Both the position numbers and the translations under genes were made by a program. From the NCBI GenBank assembly GCA_036677365.1, contig JAVBWN010000030.1, positions 1-64,000 on the forward strand: a stretch of DNA of 64,000 nt, in the 5' to 3' direction. The stretch comes from Acholeplasma sp. Its GTDB lineage: Bacteria; Bacillota_I; Bacilli_A; Acholeplasmatales; UBA5453. Below the pieces are notes generated by a model. It saw only the letters and a program-made list of their open reading frames with translations, made no database searches and was not told the origin of the DNA. Shown here piece by piece: positions 30,570 through 40,524 of the stretch (position 1 is its first letter; every line of letters starts with the position of its first letter).

Positions 30570-32846
30570 ATGAAAAAAATTGGATTCACAAAAGGCATTG
30601 TCACACTTATGATGGTGTTGATTACAGTGGTGGCACTGGTAGCATGTAATCAAAAATCAGACCAAGCGTATGTGGATGAAGCCTTAGATTCAGTGGTAGT
30701 TACATATCAAACAGGCGATAGTGCCGAATCTGTAACTAAAAACTTAACTTTACCAACCACAGTTGGCGTTGTCACCATTACTTGGTCATCAAGCGCACCT
30801 GCGGTTATATCTAATGCAGGTGTTGTTACTCGTGGTAATGCAAACCAAGCAGTCACCTTAACTGCAACCATTAGTTATGGCGATGCATCAGAAACCAAGA
30901 CTTTTGAAGTGACTGTAATTGCAACTCCAGACACCATCGCTCCTGCTTTTCTAGGGTTAGTCAATGGGAAATTACCTAAAATTTCACACCTTGAAACGCT
31001 AGATGTCGATTTTATGTCTGAAGTCGTTGCGCGTGACAATAGAGATGGATATGATGTTGTGATCGAGGTCATCTTAGGCGATTATGACAAAAATAACCCG
31101 GGTGATTATGTCATTTCCTATACAGCAACCGATAAATCCAACAATACGACCACAGTTCAACGTGATGTTACCGTCATTGACGCATTAGATGTCACTGTCG
31201 ATGCAGCAAGAATTGGTAATAATTGGATTCCGTTTGTTTATAACCAAGAAGACGCATTCAAATTTGACAGTGTTTTCGGTGGAGCTACATTCAGACAACA
31301 AGATGTGCTTCATGTGATGTCTAAAACATTCTTTGATGCACAAGTGCTAGAACACGGTTCTGAATATGCATCCAATAACAATTTACCGTTGTTACCTTAT
31401 GGTTCCTTGATCGTAACTGACAAAGATTATAATATCATTCATGCACGTTTCCAAACAGGTGTCTACCTACAATTAGACGTGGTTGATGGTGCAACTGTCC
31501 TTACACATACCGATGTTATTTGGAATAATGGTGCGGGTGGTGATTTATTTAAAGGAATCTCTGACATCATTCCAGCCGATGGATATGTGATGTTTATTAG
31601 CCCGATTGCGCCACAAGCGGCACGTATTTTCTTAGTATCTAATTTATTCTACTCTGGATATACTGGTGGTGCAGTTACCAAAGATCTACAAGATATTTTT
31701 GAATTAACCAATATTGAATTGGTTTTAGAAGAAGACTACCGTGTCTTAATTCCAATGCCAGATCCGATTGCTACACCTGAAATTGTCTTAAATAGACATT
31801 CCTTATCATGGGCAGCAATTCCAAATGCTTTAAACTATCAATTATTCGTGGATGGGGTCGCTTTTGGTAATCCTATTGCAGGTACATCGATTGACTTATC
31901 GGCGCTAGATTTAGCATTATCTACCAACGATGGTTATATCATCACAGTCGTCGCGAATACTAAAGATCAATTTAAATGGAGTTCATCCGTAGAATCCAAT
32001 GAAATCTTATACAAAAAAGTAGAAATTCAAACATTGTCAGCTCCAATCATTTCGGTCGATACTGAAAATGCTAAACGATTGACTTGGGAAGCTGTCGAAG
32101 GTACAGATTACTATGAGGTTTATGTTAAACTTGGAGCGTACCTCAAATTAGTCGCTACGACAGAAGAAAACTCTTTTGATGTATCTGTGGTTTCAGGATT
32201 TAATGGTGTGAACGGTTATGTGGTTAAAGGCATCGGTCTTGCAACACATACAGACTCCATCAATTCAAATGTTGTTTTCATCGACCAAACAGTGGTGACT
32301 ATGATGACTTTTGATGGCATGTCTGCGCCAGTAGTTATTACAAATGCAACAGATTACTTCAATCGTCGTAATTTAACTGATGCATCTAAATTAGGCAACT
32401 ACTTATACTTAGTTACCGACATTAAGGCTGTTGAAGCATGGAGCGGAATTTACACAGAAGCGTTTGGTACAGTCGTCGTTCTAGATGCCAACTATCAAGC
32501 GAAATTCGTCAGAAATATCCTCGCAAAACAAACTTATATCAAAGGTACAGGTTGGTTTGATGATGCAACATATGCCGCAAACAGTGCACAATTGGTCGGT
32601 TTAGGCGCTCAATTGGCTGAAGGCGATATGTTACTCATTGGTAAAAATGGTCTAACTGTATCCACAGTTGTCAATGGCAATGCTGCAACAGTAGCCGCTA
32701 GAGATTTCATCGCTTACCATTTTGTCAATCCATGGGTTAAATTCCCAGCAACCACAGCAAGTGCTGCAGATGGCGGTTGGAGAGCACCAATGACAAGTTT
32801 CAAAGATGCATCTACAACAGTAGTCGCATTTGCACAAACTGTATAA
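30570..32846 (+). CDS. Large surface lipoprotein with Ig-like/Fn3-like modules and unknown domains
   Basis: GGAGG RBS, lipobox LVAC, Ig-like segments (LTLPT..ITWSSS..VTLTAT; ARDNRDG..PGDYVISYTATD), two L(S/T)W.A(I/V)..Y.(L/V) Fn3-like units. Confidence 0.8.
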   Translation: MKKIGFTKGIVTLMMVLITVVALVACNQKSDQAYVDEALDSVVVTYQTGDSAESVTKNLTLPTTVGVVTITWSSSAPAVISNAGVVTRGNANQAVTLTATISYGDASETKTFEVTVIATPDTIAPAFLGLVNGKLPKISHLETLDVDFMSEVVARDNRDGYDVVIEVILGDYDKNNPGDYVISYTATDKSNNTTTVQRDVTVIDALDVTVDAARIGNNWIPFVYNQEDAFKFDSVFGGATFRQQDVLHVMSKTFFDAQVLEHGSEYASNNNLPLLPYGSLIVTDKDYNIIHARFQTGVYLQLDVVDGATVLTHTDVIWNNGAGGDLFKGISDIIPADGYVMFISPIAPQAARIFLVSNLFYSGYTGGAVTKDLQDIFELTNIELVLEEDYRVLIPMPDPIATPEIVLNRHSLSWAAIPNALNYQLFVDGVAFGNPIAGTSIDLSALDLALSTNDGYIITVVANTKDQFKWSSSVESNEILYKKVEIQTLSAPIISVDTENAKRLTWEAVEGTDYYEVYVKLGAYLKLVATTEENSFDVSVVSGFNGVNGYVVKGIGLATHTDSINSNVVFIDQTVVTMMTFDGMSAPVVITNATDYFNRRNLTDASKLGNYLYLVTDIKAVEAWSGIYTEAFGTVVVLDANYQAKFVRNILAKQTYIKGTGWFDDATYAANSAQLVGLGAQLAEGDMLLIGKNGLTVSTVVNGNAATVAARDFIAYHFVNPWVKFPATTASAADGGWRAPMTSFKDASTTVVAFAQTV

Positions 32847-32868
32847 TACAAAACAAAATAAAACTTTT

Positions 32869-32900
32869 GAACAAGCAACTTTGAGTTGCTTGTTCTTGTG
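32869..32900 (+). terminator. Strong stem-loop (terminator or mRNA stabiliser)
   Basis: GAACAAGCAACT-TTG-AGTTGCTTGTTC 12-bp stem. Confidence 0.65.
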
Positions 32901-32919
32901 TTTTATAGGAGGACCCCCA

Positions 32920-33585
32920 ATGTCTTTTTTTGAACGGTATGTAAATTCAAAATTTTATATGTATACCGATATTTTCTTCAAAATCTTACTGCTAAATTTC
33001 TATATGATCCTGACAATAATCATCGGGTTTTTCATCTTTGGATTACCACTGGCCATCTCTTCAGGAGCAATCACTTTAAGCATGGTTTTGAAGAAAACAT
33101 CGACGGAAGTGACGAATACCTATTTCACATTGTTAAAAAAAACATACATTAAAGTCATCATAAAAGGCCTTATTTACCAGTTAATCCTTATGGTTTTGGG
33201 ATTCAATGCTGTGTTTTTCTATACAGGACTTGAGCCATTCAGTTATTACTATTTCATAGGTTTTTTGATTAGTATATGGTTATTAGCATTTACAATGATT
33301 GCATTCTATCATGGGATGATATTATCTCTGATTTATAGAGTGCATTGGTTTTCAATCCTTAAGCACAGTTATATATTGACATTTGGATTTGGATTAAGAA
33401 GTATGTTCATGATGATGATTGGCCTTGTTTATGTTTTGATTGTCATTTGGATTCCAATTATAAGTCTACTACTTGGCTTAAGTGGCACCTTGTTGCTGGC
33501 CACATGGATACTGGACAAACCATATCAAACAATCGATAATTTGAAGACAGATTTATTAGAATGTATAGAGACTTACTTACAGTAA
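32920..33585 (+). CDS. YesL/DUF624-like membrane protein
   Basis: AGGAGG RBS, about 5 TM segments, LN.Y..L...GFFIFG(L)P pattern; usual sugar-ABC neighbour. Confidence 0.65.
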   Translation: MSFFERYVNSKFYMYTDIFFKILLLNFYMILTIIIGFFIFGLPLAISSGAITLSMVLKKTSTEVTNTYFTLLKKTYIKVIIKGLIYQLILMVLGFNAVFFYTGLEPFSYYYFIGFLISIWLLAFTMIAFYHGMILSLIYRVHWFSILKHSYILTFGFGLRSMFMMMIGLVYVLIVIWIPIISLLLGLSGTLLLATWILDKPYQTIDNLKTDLLECIETYLQ

Positions 33586-33598
33586 GGTATGAATACTT

Positions 33599-33652
33599 AC
33601 TTGACTAGTCAAGTTTAAAATGCTATACTATTTTTGAATTGACTATACAACC
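33599..33652 (+). promoter_or_regulatory. Promoter of the ~21 kb operon with two operators
   Basis: TTGACT(33601)-17 nt-TATACT(33624), extended TG; perfect palindrome ACTTGACTAGTCAAGT (33599-33614) and AATTGACTATACAACC (33637-33652). Confidence 0.8.
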
Positions 33653-33670
33653 TATAATTTGAGGTAAAAC

Positions 33671-36544
33671 ATGAAAAAAATCGTTACACTATTGCTGCTC
33701 ATTACAATACCTATGGGGCTACTTTTAACCCAACCGAAACAGGTAAGCGCTTCACATACGAGCTATGAGCAATCCATTTTTAATCTTCAAGAAGTCACAT
33801 CATCAGTCACTTATGGCACTTACAAAGAAAATCATCCAAAAGTTTATCCAAATCAATCCATTCAAGTCGATTTGGATGTTTTTACATACACTGGAGGACT
33901 TGTTGAAGAAGAAGCCCCATATCTCTCATATTTTATGGACGATTTAGGTGAAAGTAATTTAGGTATTTATATTCCTGAATCTGGTGATATTACTTTTTAT
34001 GTGAATGTTCCGACCACAGGATATTATCAAATGGGCGTAAAGTATTTCTCCATTCAAGGTCGTAGCTCAACCATTCAAAAAGGCATAAAAATTAATGGTG
34101 AATACCCATTTATTGAAGCCGAAAGTATCTCTTTACTTCGTTTTTTTAAGGATGCTTACCCAGTATCACAAGACCGTGAGCCTGGAAAATCTGATGTTCG
34201 TCCTAAACAAATTGAAACGCATCTTTGGACTGAAGACACATTTAAAGACCGTGTTGGTTATTACAATGAAGCCTATTATTTCCATTTTCAGCAAGGCAAC
34301 AATACAATCACTCTAACCAGTAAACGTGAACCAGTTGTTATCGGTGGAATGAAATTATTCCAAGCCCCACAATTAAAATCATATGATGAGTATTATTTGA
34401 ATCTTAGTCAACAAGGGGTAATCGTTCAAGATAATCATTACACAATTGAAGCTGAGGAGGCCAATTTAAAGAGTTCACCATCATTAAATCCAATTGCTGA
34501 ATATTCAACCATGAAATTCAGTCCATATGAATCCTTTATCACTCGATATAATGCAATTGGTGGAAACAACTGGCGAATTGCTGGCGATGAAATCACTTGG
34601 CGAGTCCAAGTCAATCAAAGTGGTTTTTATAAAATTACGTTTAAAGCAATGCAAAACTTCTCGAATGGACAAAGTTCGACAAGAACGTTAAAAATCAATG
34701 GGGAAGTCCCCTTCAAAGAAGCACTACAACTAGAATTTAAATACAATTCTAATCTCCAATACGTGACTTTAGGTAATCAAAAGTCTCCGATGTATGTCTA
34801 CCTAGTAGCAGGTCAAAATGAGATCACCCTTCAAGCAAATATTGGCACATATGGTGATATTGTGCAACGCGTCAATGTATTGATTCAATCATTCAGAACT
34901 TTTTATCGTGAAGTTGTCATGCGTACTGGATTGAATCCGGATCCATATCAAGACTATTTATTGAATCGTTATATCCATAACTTTAATCAAAGACTGGTCC
35001 ATTTTGAAGATGAACTCAAAGCCATTAAATCAGAAATCATTCAAATCTCTGGTGGTCGAAGTTCTTTGATATCACCATTTGATCGAACCTTAAATCAAGT
35101 TAAAAAGTTTATGTCTGATGAGAAGAATGTGCAAAATGGTTTAAGAGAGTTTGAACAAAACATTTCTGCGCTGGGTGCTTGGGTTATTTCAATATCTGAA
35201 CAACCCTTAACACTAGATCAAATAATCATATCTGGGGATTCATATAAATTACCTAATATTAAAGTCAATGTTTTTGAAAAAATTTGGCACGAAATTACGT
35301 TGTTCTTTGGGTCATTTATGGACGATTCTGATTTAGGTTCGGGTGTTTCTGTCGATGGGCCAACGATTGAAGTATGGATTGGTACAGGACGAGATCAAAC
35401 CACATTATTGAGACAATTGATTGATGAATCATTTACTACCCAAGAGGGTATCAATGTAAAACTAAAGATGGTCAACATGGGTGTGCTATTACAAGCAACA
35501 CTTTCGGGCAATGGCCCAGATGTTGCTATTGGGGTTGATCAAAAGATGCCAGTCAACTGGGGCATTCGAAACGCCATCGTAGATTTAACGACGTTTAATG
35601 ACTTTGAAGAAGTTAAAAATCGTTTTAGTCCATCGGCTTTAGAAGCACTATCGTTTAATGGTCGTACCTATGCTTTACCCGATACCGAAGATTTCCTCGT
35701 GATGTTTTATCGAAAAGATATTTTAGAAAACATTGGTGTGAATCAAATCCCACAAACTTGGGATGAAGTCATCGATATATCACCCATTTTACAAAAACGT
35801 TATTTAGAGTTTTATGTTCCGGTATCACAAGGATCCTTATCAACCGTTTTGTATGCTATGATGCGTCAAAATGGTGGACAACTATACATCAACGGTGGCG
35901 AAGCCTCGGGGATGTTACAAAAACAAAACATCGATGCATTCCTTAGGTTCACGAGACTATTTTCCGATTATGGCTTTGCTTTAGAAGCGAATTTCGCCAA
36001 CCGGTTCAGAAGTGGCGAAATGCCAATCGGAATTGCGAATTACTCATTATACAATACACTCAGTGTGTTTGCACCAGAAATTGCTGGTCAATGGGATTAT
36101 GCATTGATACCTGGTGTTTATCGTGAGGGTGTTTTACACCAAGAAACCACATCAACAGTATCCTCAACGGTCATTATGAGTGCATCCAAACAAAAAGAAG
36201 CTTCATGGACATTTATGAAATGGTGGCTAAGTAAAGATACACAAGTGGATTATGCTCGGGGTATGGAAGCAATTATCGGTTCGGCTGCGCGATATCCGAC
36301 AGCTAATCTAGAGGCATTTGAGCAATTGCCATGGCCTATTAAAGACTATCTAATGTTAAAACTTCAACGTGAGAAAGCCGTAGGCATCCCTACAGTGCCT
36401 GGGGATTACATTGTTGGTCGCCACATTGATAATGCTTTTAGAGCAGTACTTAACAGCAATGTCTCACCTCAAGATGCACTATACCACTATCATTTAAAAA
36501 TTAATGAAGAAATCACTAGAAAGCGTAATGAATTAGGGCTATGA
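33671..36544 (+). CDS. Large extracellular solute-binding protein with N-terminal CBM-like beta-sandwich modules
   Basis: Signal peptide; IEAE/GDEITW.V.V..SG.Y..INGEVPF repeats; C-terminal SBP family 1 motifs (GPDVA, YALP, MFYRKDIL, PQTWDE, SWTFMKWW). Confidence 0.85.
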   Translation: MKKIVTLLLLITIPMGLLLTQPKQVSASHTSYEQSIFNLQEVTSSVTYGTYKENHPKVYPNQSIQVDLDVFTYTGGLVEEEAPYLSYFMDDLGESNLGIYIPESGDITFYVNVPTTGYYQMGVKYFSIQGRSSTIQKGIKINGEYPFIEAESISLLRFFKDAYPVSQDREPGKSDVRPKQIETHLWTEDTFKDRVGYYNEAYYFHFQQGNNTITLTSKREPVVIGGMKLFQAPQLKSYDEYYLNLSQQGVIVQDNHYTIEAEEANLKSSPSLNPIAEYSTMKFSPYESFITRYNAIGGNNWRIAGDEITWRVQVNQSGFYKITFKAMQNFSNGQSSTRTLKINGEVPFKEALQLEFKYNSNLQYVTLGNQKSPMYVYLVAGQNEITLQANIGTYGDIVQRVNVLIQSFRTFYREVVMRTGLNPDPYQDYLLNRYIHNFNQRLVHFEDELKAIKSEIIQISGGRSSLISPFDRTLNQVKKFMSDEKNVQNGLREFEQNISALGAWVISISEQPLTLDQIIISGDSYKLPNIKVNVFEKIWHEITLFFGSFMDDSDLGSGVSVDGPTIEVWIGTGRDQTTLLRQLIDESFTTQEGINVKLKMVNMGVLLQATLSGNGPDVAIGVDQKMPVNWGIRNAIVDLTTFNDFEEVKNRFSPSALEALSFNGRTYALPDTEDFLVMFYRKDILENIGVNQIPQTWDEVIDISPILQKRYLEFYVPVSQGSLSTVLYAMMRQNGGQLYINGGEASGMLQKQNIDAFLRFTRLFSDYGFALEANFANRFRSGEMPIGIANYSLYNTLSVFAPEIAGQWDYALIPGVYREGVLHQETTSTVSSTVIMSASKQKEASWTFMKWWLSKDTQVDYARGMEAIIGSAARYPTANLEAFEQLPWPIKDYLMLKLQREKAVGIPTVPGDYIVGRHIDNAFRAVLNSNVSPQDALYHYHLKINEEITRKRNELGL

Positions 36545-37461
36545 CAATCAATACAAAATTCAAACAATCGCTATTCAAACAAATGAAATCAAAACGCGTT
36601 TATTACGGCATGATGGCACCATTTTTATTGATATTTTTTACATTCACGATTTTACCTGTCATCATGAGTTTGTTTTTGAGTTTCACCACGTTTGATATGC
36701 TTAATCCACCCAAATGGGTGTGGTTGGAAAATTACATTACGTTATTATTGTATGATGACGTGTTCTTAATTGCATTGAGAAACACATTCATCCTAGCAAT
36801 CATTATTGGTCCCATCAGTTATGCTGCCTCATTCATATTTGCATGGCTCATCAACGAACTACCAGCCAAAATCCGTTGGATACTCACAGTGGTGTTTTAT
36901 GCACCATCCATCAGTGGATCTGCATTTTTGCTTTGGCAACTGATTTTCAATGGTGATATGTATGGGTATTTAAATGCATTTTTAATTAATTTGAATATCA
37001 TCGACGCACCGATTTTGTGGCTAAAAACGCCACAGTATGCACTGGTCATCATCATCATCGTGCAACTATGGTTGTCCTTAGGCATCAGCTTTCTCTCATT
37101 CGTCGCAGGTTTACAAACTGTCGACAAGTCACTTTATGAAGCGGCAGCTATTGATGGTATTAAGAATCGTTGGCAAGAGTTATGGTACGTCACTTTACCA
37201 CAAATGATGCCTCAATTGATGTTTGGTGCGTTGATGCAAATCACATCTTCCTTTGGTATCGCTTCTGTATCGACGCAATTGTTGGGTTTCCCTTCAGTGG
37301 AATACAGTGGACATACCATTGTCACCCACCTAATCGATTTTGGTGCAGGCTCACAACGCATGGAACTTGGGTACGCCAGTGCGATTGCAACCATTTTGTT
37401 TCTCATTATGATGGTGGCAAACTTAGGTGTCCAAAAAATCTTAAGAAGGGTAGGTACTTAG
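36541..37461 (+). CDS. Carbohydrate ABC transporter permease (MalF-like)
   Basis: Multi-TM, LYEAAAIDG EAA loop. Confidence 0.92.
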   Translation: MTINTKFKQSLFKQMKSKRVYYGMMAPFLLIFFTFTILPVIMSLFLSFTTFDMLNPPKWVWLENYITLLLYDDVFLIALRNTFILAIIIGPISYAASFIFAWLINELPAKIRWILTVVFYAPSISGSAFLLWQLIFNGDMYGYLNAFLINLNIIDAPILWLKTPQYALVIIIIVQLWLSLGISFLSFVAGLQTVDKSLYEAAAIDGIKNRWQELWYVTLPQMMPQLMFGALMQITSSFGIASVSTQLLGFPSVEYSGHTIVTHLIDFGAGSQRMELGYASAIATILFLIMMVANLGVQKILRRVGT

Positions 37462-37462
37462 G

Positions 37463-38380
37463 ATGGATGCTCAAGACTTATCGAAATTAAGACAAATAAA
37501 ACTTAAGAATATCAAACGAAAGAAAGCCACTAAAAAAGGCAAAAAACGTTTGAGTCGCTCTTGGCAAGGTGATTTCGCACTCAGTATTTTGTTGATAGGT
37601 TTTGGTTTATTTAGCGCGTATCCGTTGGTTTTCACGATTGCGAATGCATTCAAACCACTCGATGAAATTTTCTTATTTCCACCACGACTATTCCCTAGAA
37701 ACTTCACATTTGACAACTTTACTGATTTATTTAATTTGATTGGTAATACCAGAATCCCAATTTCAAGGTATTTCTATAACACCATTTTCATTACTGTTAT
37801 CGGTGTTTCAGGGCATGTTTTGTTGGCTGCCTTAGCGGCATACCCTTTAGCAAAGCATAAGTTTCCTGGCAAAGCATTGATCAATCAGTTGATTGTCTAC
37901 TCTTTGATGTTTTCAAGTTTAGTTACGGCTGTACCCAATTATTTGGTCATTTCCTGGTTAGGCTTGATTGATACCCATTTAGCCATCATTATCCCTTCAT
38001 GGGGATTCACATTAGGCTTGTTTTTAATGAGACAATTTATGGTAACTATACCAACAGAGTTGCTCGAAGCAGCAAAAATGGATGGCGCAGGGGAATATCG
38101 TGTATTTTTCAAAGTGGTGATGCCGTTGGTGAAACCTGCTTGGTTAACCGTCATTATATTGCTGTTTCAACAACTGTGGTCAACCGATGGTGGTTCATAC
38201 ATTTTCACAGAAAATCTCAAACCGCTATCATTTGCTTTACAACAAATCGTTTCTGGTGGAATCGCACGAACCGGGGCATCTGCCGCGGTCGCTTTACTGA
38301 TGTTGGTTGTCCCAATTTCAGTATTCATCATCAGCCAATCTCGAATCATCGATACCATGGCTCATTCTGGAATAAAGTAG
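37463..38380 (+). CDS. Carbohydrate ABC transporter permease (MalG-like)
   Basis: Multi-TM, IPTELLEAAKMDGA EAA loop. Confidence 0.92.
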   Translation: MDAQDLSKLRQIKLKNIKRKKATKKGKKRLSRSWQGDFALSILLIGFGLFSAYPLVFTIANAFKPLDEIFLFPPRLFPRNFTFDNFTDLFNLIGNTRIPISRYFYNTIFITVIGVSGHVLLAALAAYPLAKHKFPGKALINQLIVYSLMFSSLVTAVPNYLVISWLGLIDTHLAIIIPSWGFTLGLFLMRQFMVTIPTELLEAAKMDGAGEYRVFFKVVMPLVKPAWLTVIILLFQQLWSTDGGSYIFTENLKPLSFALQQIVSGGIARTGASAAVALLMLVVPISVFIISQSRIIDTMAHSGIK

Positions 38381-38389
38381 GTGAAACCA

Positions 38390-39826
38390 ATGAAAAAAAT
38401 ATATATATTGGTTTTATTAATTTTGGGGACCCTGACTTTTACAGTAAACATAAAGGCATCATACAACTATGCCTATTGGGATAGTATTGATTCTGCTGAA
38501 GCAACACACGTTGTGAGAGTTGTTGATAATTCCAATATCATGGATACTCTAGGTAACATCAAACCCATTCAAATGGGAGATTTAAGGGATGTATTTGCAT
38601 ACAATAATCACTTATATGTATCGGATGCAACAAACAACAAAATTCATATTTTCAATCAATCATTTGAATACGTTAAATCGCTACCTCAAGACATAGATGC
38701 AGAAGGTACACTAAATAACCCACAAGGGATTCATGTATTCAACGGTTTATTGTATGTGGCTGACTACAACAATAATCGTATTGCAATATTCGATTTAAGC
38801 ACTGAACTGATGGTTCAGGAAGTCAAGAATCCAAATGATGCGATATTTGATACACTGACATTCAAACCATTAAAAGTCACTGTTGATCGAACAGGTAGAA
38901 TGAATGTCATTGCCTATGATGTCTATGAAGGTATTATGGAGTTTGACATCGATGGTAATTTCAATCGTTATTTTGGAACGAATACCATCAAATTATCTGT
39001 TTTAGATGCTTTGATTTATCGGTTTTCTACAAAAGAACAAAGAGATAAAATGGCTCTTAAGCTTCAAACATCCTTTACGTCGATGGATATCGACCAAGAC
39101 GGGTATATTTATACCGCTTCACGTTTAGAGTATTGGGCACCGATTAAAAAACTCAACTTTAAAGGACGAAACATTCTTGAAACAAATGGCTATGTGCCTA
39201 TTGTTGGGGATGCGAAGTTTCAAGATACAGACACAAGAACCATCGTAGGACCGTCATCTATTATTGATGTAGCAGTGCATGCAGATAATGAACGTTATTC
39301 GATATTAGACAACAAGCGAGGACGTATTTTCACTTACGATGTGGATGGGCATTTATTGTACATATCCGGTGGGATTGGTACTGAACAAAACAAACTATCT
39401 GGACCAACAGCCATCACCTATTTTGGTGAATTAATGATTGTAACGGATAATGTTTCAAAAAGTATACTTGTTTTTGAACCGATTGCATTTGGTACAAAAA
39501 TTAACCAAGCCATTGCTCAATATTACGACATGGATTATCTAGCGGCTAGAGAAACATGGCAAGAAGTCCTCAAGATGAATTCAAATTACTTCTTGGCTTA
39601 TGCTGGTATTGGACGTGCTGAACTACGTGAAGGTAACTATAAAGATGCCATGGTTAGCCTAAAACGTGGGTATGATTATTATAATTATTCAAAAGCTTAT
39701 GAGCAGTATAGAAATGAATCTTTAGCCAAAACATTGCCTTACATACTGGTAAGTGGATTCGTATTGTTTAGTTTTTTCATTGGGAAATCCGTTAAGAATG
39801 CAATCAAGAGAGAAGGAGATGATTAA
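38390..39826 (+). CDS. NHL-repeat beta-propeller/TPR protein, secreted with C-terminal TM
   Basis: LYVSDATNNKI, LNNPQGI..LYVADYNNNRI, TPR-like AYAGIGRA, terminal TM. Confidence 0.75.
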   Translation: MKKIYILVLLILGTLTFTVNIKASYNYAYWDSIDSAEATHVVRVVDNSNIMDTLGNIKPIQMGDLRDVFAYNNHLYVSDATNNKIHIFNQSFEYVKSLPQDIDAEGTLNNPQGIHVFNGLLYVADYNNNRIAIFDLSTELMVQEVKNPNDAIFDTLTFKPLKVTVDRTGRMNVIAYDVYEGIMEFDIDGNFNRYFGTNTIKLSVLDALIYRFSTKEQRDKMALKLQTSFTSMDIDQDGYIYTASRLEYWAPIKKLNFKGRNILETNGYVPIVGDAKFQDTDTRTIVGPSSIIDVAVHADNERYSILDNKRGRIFTYDVDGHLLYISGGIGTEQNKLSGPTAITYFGELMIVTDNVSKSILVFEPIAFGTKINQAIAQYYDMDYLAARETWQEVLKMNSNYFLAYAGIGRAELREGNYKDAMVSLKRGYDYYNYSKAYEQYRNESLAKTLPYILVSGFVLFSFFIGKSVKNAIKREGDD

Positions 39827-39829
39827 TCT

Positions 39830-40516
39830 ATGACTATGAATTCAATCAAAAACAAAATTAAAAGCATCGATTATCACGGCTTCTTTCAACAAATCATTCA
39901 GGATTATGTTAAGTTTCCACTCTATATTTTGACTCACCCATTCAAAGGGTATGATGATTTTAAGCTAGAAAACAAAGGCAAAATTTCTGTGGCATTAACC
40001 TATTTACTCCTGTTAGTCATCACGAACGCATTCAGCGTTACTGCCTCTGGTTTTTTAGTATCTGCCCCATATATTGAGAATTTTTCCATCATCAGGACTT
40101 TCTTCCTAGTGGTTGTACCAGTTGTCCTAATCACCATTGGCAACTGGTCAATCACCTCCTTATTTGAAGGTAAAGGAAAAATGATCGAGATATTCAAAGT
40201 CATTTGCTATTCAATCATCCCATTGGTTTGGATTGGGATTCCAATGACGATATTATCAAACTTTCTCATTCAAGAAGAATTGGCAATTTATACAGCAATG
40301 AATGGCATAGCCGTCTTTTTCGTTGGATATATGGCCCTTTTTGGGTTATTGGTAATTCATGAATATGGATTACTCAAAACCATCATTACGATTGCATTTA
40401 CGGCAATAGCAGTAGCACTTATCATATTCATAGGTTTACTGATATTGACATTATTCCAACAATTGTATGGATTCATCATTCAAGTTTATGAAGAATTCAT
40501 CATGCGGTTATCTTAG
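39830..40516 (+). CDS. YIP1-family membrane protein
   Basis: HPFKGY, NWSITSLFEGKG, IHEY; about 5 TMs. Confidence 0.75.
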   Translation: MTMNSIKNKIKSIDYHGFFQQIIQDYVKFPLYILTHPFKGYDDFKLENKGKISVALTYLLLLVITNAFSVTASGFLVSAPYIENFSIIRTFFLVVVPVVLITIGNWSITSLFEGKGKMIEIFKVICYSIIPLVWIGIPMTILSNFLIQEELAIYTAMNGIAVFFVGYMALFGLLVIHEYGLLKTIITIAFTAIAVALIIFIGLLILTLFQQLYGFIIQVYEEFIMRLS

Positions 40517-40524
40517 GAGGGTCT

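Noticed and set aside
37999..38484. 161-aa alternate-frame ORF overlapping the permease and NHL genes
   Set aside because: Fully overlaps two well-supported CDSs and has atypical composition
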